Positions 38,663 to 47,932 of a stretch of DNA of 64,000 nucleotides are shown piece after piece (positions within the stretch are counted from its first letter, which is position 1; every line of letters begins with the position of its first letter). This DNA is from Methanomassiliicoccales archaeon (GTDB lineage: Archaea; Thermoplasmatota; Thermoplasmata; Methanomassiliicoccales; UBA472). The notes under the pieces were generated by a model that was not told the origin of the DNA, did not search any database, and saw only the letters and a program-made list of their open reading frames with translations. The stretch is taken from the NCBI GenBank assembly GCA_016926075.1, contig JAFGPG010000069.1, forward strand, positions 10,313 through 74,312, read 5' to 3'. Made by a program: the position numbers and the translations under genes.

Positions 38663-39982
38663 ATGTCCGCACCCGAGCAGAAGACCATACACGACAGCGT
38701 GCACGGTTCGGTGAGGGTGCAAGGGATATTCCTCAAGCTGCTGCATCGTCCGGAGATGCAGAGGCTGCACGGGATCAAGCAGTTAGGCCTGGCCCATCTG
38801 GTCTTCCCAGGCGCCAACCACACCCGTTTCGAGCATTCCCTGGGCACGTACCATGTGGCCGACCTCATGTGCCAGGCCCTGGGGCTGGAGGAGGAGGAGC
38901 GACGGCTGGCCCTGGCCGCGGCCCTGCTTCACGACCTGGGCCACGCCCCCTTCTCCCATACTCTGGAAGAGGTGCTGGAGAACCGCTTCTCCATGGACCA
39001 TATGAGCTTGGGGACCTCCCTGATCAACGGTGAGAGGAAGGTCTACCGTGAGGAGGAGGCGGAACATCTTGGAGGGATGCCCTCCATCGACGCCATGCTG
39101 GAAGAGGCGGGGATCCCCTCCCGAAGGGTCTGCGACATCATCGTCTCCCCCGGGCATGTTGGTCACCGGGGACAGAGCCTGCTCACCGACCACGGCCAGG
39201 CGCACTTCAATGGCCAGGAGTACCTGCACCAGATGCTTCACGGCCCGGTGGACGCCGACCAGATGGACTATCTGCTGCGGGACGCGTACTACACCGGCGT
39301 GGCCCACGGGACCATCGACATGGACCGCATCATGCAGACCATAGAGCTGCACCACGGGGACGTGGTGGTCAGGAAGGGGGGCATGGTGGCAGCGGAGGGG
39401 CTCATGGTGGCCCGGGCCCTCATGTACACCTCGGTGTACTTCCACAAGACGGTGCGTATCGCGGAGATGATGCTGTGCAAGGCCTTGGAGCTGGCCGATG
39501 ACAGCGTGGCCGAGCAGCTTCAGCAGGAGAACGACGCCTCCCTGGGGGAGAGGCTGCTGCGGCAGGGTGGAAGGACCCAGCGTCTGATGACCATGCTGAA
39601 GTACCGGCAGCTCTACAAGCGCGCACATTCCAAGTACATCCCTGACCTCACCGATCAGGAGGTGGAGGCCCTGGTCCGCCTCACCGACTACCGCCGACGC
39701 AAGGCCGTAGAGGAGATGATCGCCGACCGGGCGGGTGTGGACGTCTCCGAGGTCATCCTGGACGTGCCTCACCGGGAGCTCATCACAGGCGAGGCCCAGC
39801 TGGGAAAGACCGAGGTGCCCATACTCAACGAGGGCAAGGTGCGTCCTCTGACCCGCCTGAGCCCGATCAGTAGGGCATTGCAGTCCCGAGGGGTGCACGA
39901 CTGGGCGGTAATGGTGTCATGTCCGGCCCGGCACGTGGAGAGGGTGGAGAGGGCCGCGGTGCACACCTTGGCCGACCTTTAG
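38663..39982 (+). CDS. HD-domain phosphohydrolase (dGTPase/SAMHD1-like family)
   Basis: 439 aa with RFEHSLGTYHVA and LLHDLGHAPFSH. Confidence 0.85.
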   Translation: MSAPEQKTIHDSVHGSVRVQGIFLKLLHRPEMQRLHGIKQLGLAHLVFPGANHTRFEHSLGTYHVADLMCQALGLEEEERRLALAAALLHDLGHAPFSHTLEEVLENRFSMDHMSLGTSLINGERKVYREEEAEHLGGMPSIDAMLEEAGIPSRRVCDIIVSPGHVGHRGQSLLTDHGQAHFNGQEYLHQMLHGPVDADQMDYLLRDAYYTGVAHGTIDMDRIMQTIELHHGDVVVRKGGMVAAEGLMVARALMYTSVYFHKTVRIAEMMLCKALELADDSVAEQLQQENDASLGERLLRQGGRTQRLMTMLKYRQLYKRAHSKYIPDLTDQEVEALVRLTDYRRRKAVEEMIADRAGVDVSEVILDVPHRELITGEAQLGKTEVPILNEGKVRPLTRLSPISRALQSRGVHDWAVMVSCPARHVERVERAAVHTLADL

Positions 39983-41442
39983 CCCTTCATCACGCCCAGG
40001 GGGGTCAACCTGGCCACGGGACGGGAGAGCCCGGCGCCCACCACCACCCTGATCACGTCGTCGATGGCCTTGTAGGCCCCCGGGGCCTCCTCCTGTATGC
40101 CGTCCCTGGTGCTGCCCTTGAGGTAGATGCCCTTCCCCTCCAGCTCCTGGGTGACCTGTTTCACCGAATAGGAGCGTATGGCCGCCTCGCGGGACATGAC
40201 CCGGCCGGCGCCGTGGCAGGTGGAGCCGAAGGATTCCGCCAACGCGCCCTCCGTGCCCACCAGGACGTACGAGCCGTGACTCATGTTCCCCGGGATGAGC
40301 ACCGGCTGTCCTACGGAACGGTAGATGGCAGGGACATCCGGATGGTCCTTGGGGAAGGCCCTGGTGGCCCCTTTGCGATGCACGTACACCTTACGGCGCC
40401 TCCCCTCGACCGTATGTTCCTCCACCTTGGCGATGTTGTGCGCCACGTCATATACCAGGTCCATGCCCATGTCCTCCGCTCGGCGGGAGAAGACCCTCTC
40501 GAAGGACTGACGCACCATATGCATGATCATCTGCCGGTTGGCCCAGGCGTAGTTGGCGCCGCAGGCCATGGCCGCAAAGTAGTCCCGGCCCTCCTGGGAG
40601 CGCACCGGGGCGCAGGCAAGTTGCCGGTCCGGGAGGCGCAGCGACCTTTCCCTCACCGAACGTTCCATGACCCGCAGGTAGTCCGTGGCTATCTGATGCC
40701 CGCAACCGCGCGATCCGCAGTGTATGGAGACGGTGACCTGCCCCTCCTCCACCAGCCCGAAGGTCTTGGCCGCCTCCTGGTCGAAGATGCTCTCCACCCG
40801 GTCCACCTCCAGGAAGTGGTTGCCGGAACCCAGGGAGCCCACCTGGGGCACCCCACGCTGCTTGGCCTTCTGCGAGACCTTGGAGGGGTCGGCGACGTCC
40901 ATGCGCCCCTCCTCCTCTGTGCGCACCAGGTCCTCCGCCCAGCCGTAGCCCTCGGCCACCGCCCACTCCGCGCCCTCCTCCAGGATACGATCGATATGGC
41001 CACTGGCCAGGTCCACCACCCCCTTGGAGCCCACCCCCGCGGGCACGTTACGGAAGAGGAGATCGATGAGCTCCCTTATCCGCGGGGACACCTCCTCCTC
41101 CCGTAGGTTGGTGGTGAGAAGGCGGACCCCGCAGTTGATGTCGAAGCCGATGCCCCCCGGGGATATGACCCCCTCCTCGGCGTCCATGGCTGCCACACCG
41201 CCTATGGGAAAACCGTAGCCCCAGTGTATATCGGGCATGGCCAGGGAATTGCCCACCAGACCGGGAAGGCAGGCCACATTGGCCGCCTGCTCCGGTGAGT
41301 TGTCGGAGACGATGGTCCCGATCATCCTCTGGTCGGCGAAGATGATGGCGTCCGTGTTCATGCACTCCTTGTAGGAGCGGGGTATCCTCCATCGGTAGTC
41401 GTCAACCTTCTCCAATGTCCCTTTCCAGCTCATGTCCATCAC
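39979..41442 (-). CDS. rtcB: RNA-splicing ligase RtcB
   Basis: 487 aa with PDIHWGYGFPIGG, HCGSRGCGHQ and TCHGAGR. Confidence 0.95.
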   Translation of the reverse strand: MMDMSWKGTLEKVDDYRWRIPRSYKECMNTDAIIFADQRMIGTIVSDNSPEQAANVACLPGLVGNSLAMPDIHWGYGFPIGGVAAMDAEEGVISPGGIGFDINCGVRLLTTNLREEEVSPRIRELIDLLFRNVPAGVGSKGVVDLASGHIDRILEEGAEWAVAEGYGWAEDLVRTEEEGRMDVADPSKVSQKAKQRGVPQVGSLGSGNHFLEVDRVESIFDQEAAKTFGLVEEGQVTVSIHCGSRGCGHQIATDYLRVMERSVRERSLRLPDRQLACAPVRSQEGRDYFAAMACGANYAWANRQMIMHMVRQSFERVFSRRAEDMGMDLVYDVAHNIAKVEEHTVEGRRRKVYVHRKGATRAFPKDHPDVPAIYRSVGQPVLIPGNMSHGSYVLVGTEGALAESFGSTCHGAGRVMSREAAIRSYSVKQVTQELEGKGIYLKGSTRDGIQEEAPGAYKAIDDVIRVVVGAGLSRPVARLTPLGVMKG

Positions 41443-41532
41443 GTCCCACGGCGACCGATGCAGCTTCCCTGATATATAGGAAACCTCCGGTCCGTTCCCA
41501 AGGGTGATAATGGGACCTCATCCTTAATACTC

Positions 41533-42732
41533 GTGGGTAGACCTTCCACCATGGCCGTCATGCTCGAGCTCAGCCCGTACGCCCCTTTGTTCCTGGCCAT
41601 CGCTGTCACCGAGCTGTTGCTGGGCCTCTACGTCCTGAGCAGGGGTCGGGGCTCCCTGGCGGCCAGGCCCTTTCTGGGATTCGCGGTCCTGGCCAGCGGG
41701 CTGAGCGTGCTAGGGCTACTGATGGCCAGTTCCATATCGTTGCAGTACGCCTCCCTATTGGACAGGGTCCTCTGGCTCCTGCTGGGCCTGGAGATGGGCC
41801 TGGGCTACCGTCTCAGCCGCCTGCTGCCCCTCGAGCCCAGCTCCGCCCATCTGGGAAGAGGGGGACGCTCCTACGTCCTCCTGGTGCTAGGGGTCGCCCT
41901 GCTGCTCTCCGCGACCGCGGGTGCCGTGCAACAGGACCGGTACGGTTGGTTCTCGGCGTCTAACCTTCCCCTGACCGCCTCGGCCATGCTGCTATACGTC
42001 ATGCTCATCGTCGTTGGGGTGAGGCGAAAGGTCGCGGTTATGGACGATAGAGAGGGAAGGGCTCGCACGGCCCTGCTCTCCCTGGCCTTGGCCTTCCCCA
42101 TGCTCCTCCTGCTGTCCATGATTGTCCTAGGCCATCTGGGCCTCCCCGTCCCGCGCATCTACGGCCTGGGCGAGCTGGTCGCGGTCTCCCTGGTCGGCTA
42201 CGGCATCCTCAGGTACGGGCTCTCCATCCCTCCCCGGGTGTCTGAACGTGCGGCGTTACCGGAAGGGAACCTGCCGGCTCTGCAACAGGGGAGGGCCTAC
42301 CTCTTCGAAGGCCAAGACCCGGACCTCATGTTCCGTTGCGTGCAGCGCGAGGTGGGACAGGGCCTCTCCGCCCTCATCATCTGCCGTACCCACCCCGACC
42401 AGCTGAGGGCGAGGTACCGCCTGTCCCATACTCCCATGATATGGCTGGCCGAGAGCCCCGGTCCGGGGCGGGTGGACCCCGGCAACCTGCAGATGCTGTA
42501 CCACATGACCTTGGAATTCGTCAAGGGAGGGCCTTCCTTGGTGGCCGTCGAGGGGTTGGAATACCTGATGGTGAACAACGAGCTCAACAAGGTGCTACGG
42601 TTCATCGGTCAACTGAGGGACAACATAATAGTCCAAGGGAACATGTTGACGGTGGCCGTGGACCCCCGCACCCTCACCGAGAGACAGAGGGCCATATTGG
42701 AACGGGAGCTGGAGCATGTTGTTGAAAAATGA
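41533..42732 (+). CDS. membrane protein with a C-terminal DUF835-like domain
   Basis: 399 aa. The N-terminal ~230 aa are polytopic. The C-terminus (...LIICRTHPDQLRARY...IWLAE...VAVEGLEYLMVNNELNKVLRFIGQLRD) matches my memory of DUF835. GTG 41533 or ATG 41551. Confidence 0.7.
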   Translation: MGRPSTMAVMLELSPYAPLFLAIAVTELLLGLYVLSRGRGSLAARPFLGFAVLASGLSVLGLLMASSISLQYASLLDRVLWLLLGLEMGLGYRLSRLLPLEPSSAHLGRGGRSYVLLVLGVALLLSATAGAVQQDRYGWFSASNLPLTASAMLLYVMLIVVGVRRKVAVMDDREGRARTALLSLALAFPMLLLLSMIVLGHLGLPVPRIYGLGELVAVSLVGYGILRYGLSIPPRVSERAALPEGNLPALQQGRAYLFEGQDPDLMFRCVQREVGQGLSALIICRTHPDQLRARYRLSHTPMIWLAESPGPGRVDPGNLQMLYHMTLEFVKGGPSLVAVEGLEYLMVNNELNKVLRFIGQLRDNIIVQGNMLTVAVDPRTLTERQRAILERELEHVVEK

Positions 42733-42734
42733 GG

Positions 42735-42809
42735 GGCCGAGACCGCGATTTGAACGCGGGTCTAGGGATCCACAGTCCCACAGGATAACCAGGCTACCCC
42801 ATCCCGGCC
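42735..42809 (-). tRNA. tRNA-His (anticodon GUG) with a genome-encoded G-1
   Basis: Hand-folded cloverleaf. 8-bp acceptor stem including G-1:C73. D-arm has A14, G18G19 and A21. Anticodon loop CUGUGGA, T-arm CCGCG/TTCAAAT/CGCGG. No encoded CCA. Confidence 0.88.
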
Positions 42810-42856
42810 ATGATGGGATTTCTGCAACGCTTCCGGACTAATAAACATTCCCCTCC

Positions 42857-43438
42857 TCACTCGTATGGGAAGATGGAATAGAGGATGGCGAACTTGGGCC
42901 TCCCCTCCTCGGTATGTCTGTCCGACAGGTCCTTGAGACGATCGTCCAGGTCGGTGATGAGCCGCTCTGCTTCCTGGGACGTGGATTCGTTGACCGGCAG
43001 GATGACGTAATTGGCACCGAAGGGATAGCTGGGCCGTTCGGACACATTGATGAAGTAGTCCCTTTTCTGGTCCATGAGCTTGATCCCCCGGTTCAGGATG
43101 CCCTTGATGGCCCCCAGGGCGGCGAAGACGATGTCCAGCCGTTCGGCCATGTCCACGGTGCTGACCCCCGCGGCGTCCCCCATGATGCCCGGTTCGAAGG
43201 CCGAGCGGTAGTACTTCTCCACCAGGTTGCCCACCAGCTCAGTGCGGGTGGGCGCGATCAGCCCGGCCTCCAGCAACTTCTTCAGATGGTACTGTGCATT
43301 CTGAATGCTAAGCCCCAGCAGATCGGACACCGCGGTGGTGGTCATCTCGCGCATGGAGAGGAGTGAGAGCATGGCCAGACGGTTGGGGTCCGACAGCAAC
43401 TTAATCTGTTCGACTCCGATATTGGTCATTTTTACCAC
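42857..43438 (-). CDS. ArsR-family HTH transcriptional regulator with a C-terminal extension
   Basis: 193 aa. IKLLSDPNRLAMLSLLSMREMTTTAVSDLLGLSIQNAQYHLKKLLEAGLI is a classic ArsR wHTH. Confidence 0.82.
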   Translation of the reverse strand: MVKMTNIGVEQIKLLSDPNRLAMLSLLSMREMTTTAVSDLLGLSIQNAQYHLKKLLEAGLIAPTRTELVGNLVEKYYRSAFEPGIMGDAAGVSTVDMAERLDIVFAALGAIKGILNRGIKLMDQKRDYFINVSERPSYPFGANYVILPVNESTSQEAERLITDLDDRLKDLSDRHTEEGRPKFAILYSIFPYE

Positions 43439-43539
43439 TAAAATTTGATTTTAACGTTATAGTATGAAGATAATGTTCAAATACTATTTCTAAATTCACT
43501 AAAATGAGATTGGAACGATTATAACTCGTTAAAGAGGTG

Positions 43540-43614
43540 ATGAAGGTGAGGAAGAAGGCGATGAGCAACAACTACGTGATCGTCAACGGGAACATATTCT
43601 TCATGAGGACCTAG
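43540..43614 (+). CDS. candidate 24-aa mini-ORF (MKVRKKAMSNNYVIVNGNIFFMRT)
   Basis: Preceded by AAAGAGGTGAT, a near-perfect anti-SD complement ending at the ATG. Followed by the T-tract ccttttttcttttctcttctc. Sits in an AT-rich spacer between the ArsR and CPBP protease genes. Confidence 0.3.
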   Translation: MKVRKKAMSNNYVIVNGNIFFMRT

Positions 43615-43698
43615 ACCAAGCGTTCCCTTCACGGACCTTTTTTCTTTTCTCTTCTCGTCGAACGATAATAAATAAATGTCCAGCGCATCTCCGCAAGG

Positions 43699-44499
43699 AT
43701 GCGGGAAAAGGCCGGACTGCTTCTGCCCGTCGCCCTTATCGTCCTAGCGGAGGCCATGCTATTCGACTCCCAGACCGAAGGCAGCCTGGGCCTGCATGCC
43801 CTGAACATCCTTCTGTGCATCCTTCTTCCCATATGGGTGGAGGGGCGAACGCTCCTCTACCAGTCCCTGGCCCTGGTCTCCCTGCTCCGGGTGCTCAACA
43901 TCGGCATGCCCGTGTTCTTCACCTGGACCCTCTACTGGTTACCCTTCATCTACGGCCCCATCATCCTGGCCGGCTACATCGTCTGGAGACAGACGGTGGT
44001 GGAGGCCGACCGCCTGCACTGGCGCAACCTGCTGGGCTTCATCAACGGACAAGGGCTCCGGGAGAAGGTGCGCTGGTCCTGGGAGTACGTGCTCTACGCC
44101 ATCCTCTTCGGCTTCCTGGTGGCCAACCTGGAGTACCTCGTGCTGGGCAATGAGGCCCTGGTGACCGCCGTAGCCCTGCCGGACCTGCTGCTGCTCCTGC
44201 TGGTCATGGTGGCCTTCGTGGGCTTCGGGGAGGAACTGGTCTTCAGGGCGCTGCTGCAGGGTGCGGTGCGGCCGATCCACGGGACGACGGCGGCCATACT
44301 GCTCTCCAGCCTGCTCTTCGCGGTCATGCACTCCGGGTACCAGGACCTGGGCTACATGGTCTTCGTCTTCTTCATCGGTCTGTCCTTGGCATGGAGCTAC
44401 GAGAGGACCGGGAGCCTGGCCCTGGTGGCGCTGATGCATGGCCTGCTCAACTTCTTCCTCTTCTCCTTCGTGCCCCTCGGCTATGGCCTGCTCCCCTGA
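43699..44499 (+). CDS. CPBP-family intramembrane glutamic endopeptidase (CAAX protease / Abi-like)
   Basis: 266 aa with GEELVFRA (EExxxR), FAVMH (FxxxH) and ALMHGLLN. Confidence 0.85.
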   Translation: MREKAGLLLPVALIVLAEAMLFDSQTEGSLGLHALNILLCILLPIWVEGRTLLYQSLALVSLLRVLNIGMPVFFTWTLYWLPFIYGPIILAGYIVWRQTVVEADRLHWRNLLGFINGQGLREKVRWSWEYVLYAILFGFLVANLEYLVLGNEALVTAVALPDLLLLLLVMVAFVGFGEELVFRALLQGAVRPIHGTTAAILLSSLLFAVMHSGYQDLGYMVFVFFIGLSLAWSYERTGSLALVALMHGLLNFFLFSFVPLGYGLLP

Positions 44500-44523
44500 T
44501 CGGGGTAGCGCCCACTAAGACCG

Positions 44524-44548
44524 AACGGGGACAAACCATCCCGTTTTT
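44524..44548 (+). terminator. hairpin plus T5 terminator candidate after the CPBP gene
   Basis: AACGGG-N10-CCCGTT stem followed by TTTTT, 25 nt after the stop. Confidence 0.45.
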
Positions 44549-44648
44549 GTCACCCTCCTGTCATCCCATTTATTAGAGGGTGGGCTTTCCTACGACACCC
44601 TGGCGGTATCGGTATCCACGCCAGGGACATGACGCGACGGTGCTTGGG

Positions 44649-45560
44649 ATGAAACGAGACCTCATCACGATGCTGGACGTCCAGGACGATATACTGGACA
44701 TTTTGGACTTGGCGGATCGCATGAAGAAGGAGCGGAACAAGGACCACCAACCGCTGAAGGGCAAGACCTTGGCCATGATCTTCGAGAAGTCCTCCACCCG
44801 CACCCGCGTGTCCTTCGAGGTGGGCATGATCGAGCTGGGCGGGTTCGCGGTGACCCTGAACAGCAAGGACCTCCAGATGGGACGGGGGGAGACGGTGGCC
44901 GATACCGCTCGGGTGCTCTCCCGCTACGTGAGCGGCATAATGTACCGAGCTTACGAGCACAGCATGGTGTTGGAGCTCGCCAAGTACGCAACGGTGCCCA
45001 TCATCAACGGGCTGGACAACTTCGAGCATCCCTGCCAGATTATGGCCGACCTCCTCACGGTCAAGGAGCGCTTCGGACGGCTTAGCGGCATCAAGATGGC
45101 CTATGTGGGGGACGGCAACAACGTGTGCAACTCCCTCATGCTGGGCTGCTCCATGGTGGGCATGGACATCTCCTGCGGCTGTCCGAAGGGCTACGAGCCG
45201 GACCCCGGGGTGGTGGCCAAGGCCAAGGAGATCGCCTGGAAGAGGGGTTCGAAACTGGAGCTCATGGAGAGCCCGCATCAAGCCGCGCAGGGGGCGGACG
45301 TCGTCTACACCGACGTATGGGTCTCCATGGGTCAGGAGGAGGAGTCCAGGATGAGGCAGAAGGTGTTCAACCCCTATCAGGTCAACGCCAAGCTGCTCTC
45401 GGTGGCCAATCCCCGGGCCATAGTCATGCACTGCCTACCGGCCCACCGGGGCATGGAGATCACCGACGAGGTCATCGACAGCGAGCGCAGCGTGGTGCTG
45501 GACCAGGCGGAGAACCGTCTGCATGCGCAGAAGGCCATACTGGTCACCTTGATGGGCTGA
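44649..45560 (+). CDS. argF: ornithine carbamoyltransferase
   Basis: ATG 44649 gives MKRDLITMLDV. SSTRTR, FEHPCQ, DVWVSMG and HCLPAHRG are OTC-specific motifs. Confidence 0.92.
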   Translation: MKRDLITMLDVQDDILDILDLADRMKKERNKDHQPLKGKTLAMIFEKSSTRTRVSFEVGMIELGGFAVTLNSKDLQMGRGETVADTARVLSRYVSGIMYRAYEHSMVLELAKYATVPIINGLDNFEHPCQIMADLLTVKERFGRLSGIKMAYVGDGNNVCNSLMLGCSMVGMDISCGCPKGYEPDPGVVAKAKEIAWKRGSKLELMESPHQAAQGADVVYTDVWVSMGQEEESRMRQKVFNPYQVNAKLLSVANPRAIVMHCLPAHRGMEITDEVIDSERSVVLDQAENRLHAQKAILVTLMG

Positions 45561-47088
45561 ATCGGGAGAGCTGCTGTCCTATCTCCTCGTCCAAGGCCTC
45601 CAGGAACTTCCTGATCTTCTTCTTGGGGATATTGGCGCCGGCAGCCACGTCGTGCCCCCCTCCGCCCCCACCGACCTGGATGGAGGCCTGACCGATGGCC
45701 TTTCCAAGGTTGATGCCCCGGTTGACGAGCTCCCTGTTCATACGGGTGGAGACCTTGACCATGGGGTCCTTGCCCATCTCCGAGGAGCCCATCTTCTCCG
45801 CCATGGCCACCAGGGGCTTGTCCGGGTCCAGGCCCTGAAGGGCATCCCCCCCTCGCTGGTCAAGGACCATGCTGGTGATGATGCCCAATATGGTATCGTT
45901 GACCTTCAGGCAATAACCGCTCTTGGGCTTGGGCATGAGATATTGGATGTGGACCTTCTGCTCCACCCGGTGCACCTTCCGTACCCCCTCGCGTATGTTC
46001 CCTTTGTGATTCTCCACGTTCTGGAGGGCCGTTTCGGAATAGATCCTGGGATTGAGGCAGACCTTGACGATGAGATCCCCACGCTCCTCGTCCCCCTCCC
46101 CCTGGGGGGTCAGGATGTAACGCCCTGAGGCGTTGAGCAGGGTAGCGAACTCCTTGGCCTCCCGGGTGGGAGAGCCCGGTGGATGTTCCGGGAAAAGGTA
46201 CACATCGCCCAGCATACGGTCCAGGGACTGATGGTCGAGCCCCAACCTCTCCAAGCGTTCCCTCAGGGAGATCATCATGATCCTCCGTTCGGAGGGCTCA
46301 AGTTCCGACCAACTGCGCCAGCCCGTGCCCCCCTCCCCCTTCTGGTACCCCCCCGACCTTTTCAAAGGCACCCTGGCCTCGTGGAACAGGGCCGCCACCT
46401 CCTTGATGGTATCCGAATAACCGATGCCCTTGAGGTCGTTGGAGAAGGCCAGCATGGCCGCGGCAGACCTGGTCACCCAACCGAAGAAGGGCAGCTCCCC
46501 CTTCTCCACCTTGAGCGACCCGGTGGCGCGAGCGTCCTCGATGACCATCTCATGCAGAGGCCCGATGAGCCCTCCGTGCCCGCGGTCCTGCATGTCGCCC
46601 ACCGCCCCCACGACCGAAAGATAGGCCAGACGACGATTTCGGGGGTCCAGCTCCCGGGCCACGAAGTAGGTGTTGCCCGCCCCGCTCAGATGGTAGGAGC
46701 CGTCCATGCCGAAGAGCAGGGGATTGAGCATGTGTCCGGTGCCACCGAACTGGTCCAGGCGGGCCTGTCCTCCCTCGAAAAGACGATGATGGTCGGCGAT
46801 GATGCAATGCTGGGCGGCCATGCTCTGGCAGCAGGAGGCGCCCAGATCGCATATCCAAAGCATATCCTCCGGGAAAAGGGAAATGGCATGCATCTCCCCC
46901 TCTCCCAAGGAAGGCACGAACTGCAGGCGATGGGGGACCTCCAGAAGCTCCAAGGCCCCTTTGGCGATGGCGGCGGAGGCTATGCCGTCCGCATCGATAT
47001 GGGAGACCACGGCCACGGACCCCGCGGAGCGTACCACCTCCGCCAAACGCCTTGCGCGGTCCAGAAAGCCCTCGACGTCCTCGCTCAT
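45544..47088 (-). CDS. DHH/DHHA1 phosphoesterase, archaeal RecJ/GAN(Cdc45)-like nuclease
   Basis: VVSHIDADGIASAA (DxD), IIADHH (DHH) and GGGGGGHDVAAG (DHHA1 GGGH). ATG 47088 forms an ATGA overlap with the upstream exonuclease stop (track start GTG 47097). Confidence 0.82.
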   Translation of the reverse strand: MSEDVEGFLDRARRLAEVVRSAGSVAVVSHIDADGIASAAIAKGALELLEVPHRLQFVPSLGEGEMHAISLFPEDMLWICDLGASCCQSMAAQHCIIADHHRLFEGGQARLDQFGGTGHMLNPLLFGMDGSYHLSGAGNTYFVARELDPRNRRLAYLSVVGAVGDMQDRGHGGLIGPLHEMVIEDARATGSLKVEKGELPFFGWVTRSAAAMLAFSNDLKGIGYSDTIKEVAALFHEARVPLKRSGGYQKGEGGTGWRSWSELEPSERRIMMISLRERLERLGLDHQSLDRMLGDVYLFPEHPPGSPTREAKEFATLLNASGRYILTPQGEGDEERGDLIVKVCLNPRIYSETALQNVENHKGNIREGVRKVHRVEQKVHIQYLMPKPKSGYCLKVNDTILGIITSMVLDQRGGDALQGLDPDKPLVAMAEKMGSSEMGKDPMVKVSTRMNRELVNRGINLGKAIGQASIQVGGGGGGHDVAAGANIPKKKIRKFLEALDEEIGQQLSRFSPSR

Positions 47089-47849
47089 TCCCCGCACCCC
47101 TGCAATAGTCGATCAGCCAAACGTGCGTATACCGTCCCGGCCAGGGGCTCTAGGTTTCGCGCGTCCTCCTGATTGTAGCGCCTCAGCAGGCGCAACGCGT
47201 TCTCGTTACCCTTCCTCTCCCACAGGTGCCAGAGGTACACCGCCTCCTCTCCGGTGACGTATTCCACCTCCTGAGGGCGGCGGTATCCCAACATGAACTC
47301 CACATGCTTCAATCCTCCTCTCAGTCCCACCTTGGGACAGGCGTGCCGCAGGTCGTAATGGGGTACCCTGGGCACGGAGAAGGGGAACTCCCTCTCGATC
47401 ATCGGCAGGTCGAAGGTGCTGCCATTGAAGGTGACCAGCAATTTGGCTCTATTCATGGCCCTGCCGATGTTCTCGGCGGTGAGGTCCATACCACGGGTCA
47501 GGGTGACCGTCTCCCCGGCACGATGTACGGAGAGCATGGTCACCACCGCCGATGGCCCCAGCCCATCCGTCTCTATGTCCAGGTAGACGGTGTCCTCCCT
47601 GAGGCGCTCGTACATGCGCCAGTGCTGCCCGCTGGGCAACAGACGGCTGAAGTACTCGGTCCTACCTCGCTCCCAGGAATCCATGGCCATATCCAGCTCC
47701 CGGTCCAGGACAGGCTTTCGGGCCGGAGATATACCCTCCAGGCGCTTGCACTGTGAGAACTCCTCCCAGGATCGCACACCGCGCTCCCACAGCCTCCGCT
47801 CCTTGACCTGACCGATGCCCGGCAGAAGGAGGAAGGTGCGCTTGATCAT
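47085..47849 (-). CDS. RNase H-fold 3'-5' exonuclease-like protein (DEDD type, COG3359/YprB-like)
   Basis: 254 aa. Exo motifs YLDIETDG, TFNGSTFDLPMI and YNQEDARNL. The N-terminal LLPGIGQVKERRLWERG looks helix-hairpin-helix-like. Confidence 0.75.
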   Translation of the reverse strand: MIKRTFLLLPGIGQVKERRLWERGVRSWEEFSQCKRLEGISPARKPVLDRELDMAMDSWERGRTEYFSRLLPSGQHWRMYERLREDTVYLDIETDGLGPSAVVTMLSVHRAGETVTLTRGMDLTAENIGRAMNRAKLLVTFNGSTFDLPMIEREFPFSVPRVPHYDLRHACPKVGLRGGLKHVEFMLGYRRPQEVEYVTGEEAVYLWHLWERKGNENALRLLRRYNQEDARNLEPLAGTVYARLADRLLQGCGE

Positions 47850-47932
47850 CGTTCTTCCAGCGGACCATCCGTATAATATCCTTTTGCACCCAGCGCAGAA
47901 AATGTCGAGGGATTGATATCCTTCCTCCTCCT

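Noticed and set aside
38783-41106. 371-aa minus ORF and 395-aa plus ORF
   Set aside because: They are antisense shadows of the HD hydrolase and RtcB genes respectively.
43537-43614. GUGAUGA (C-box-like) at 43537-43543, considered as a C/D box sRNA
   Set aside because: There is no CUGA D box within the following ~80 nt and no terminal stem. The sequence is better explained as SD plus start codon of the mini-ORF.
42700-43700. tRNA-His considered as an integration site for a mobile element
   Set aside because: There is no integrase or recombinase gene nearby, and I noticed no duplicated copy of the tRNA 3' segment in the flanks.
44550-47172. 293-aa minus ORF and 329-aa plus ORF
   Set aside because: They are antisense to argF and to the RecJ-like gene, with H/G/R-rich composition.
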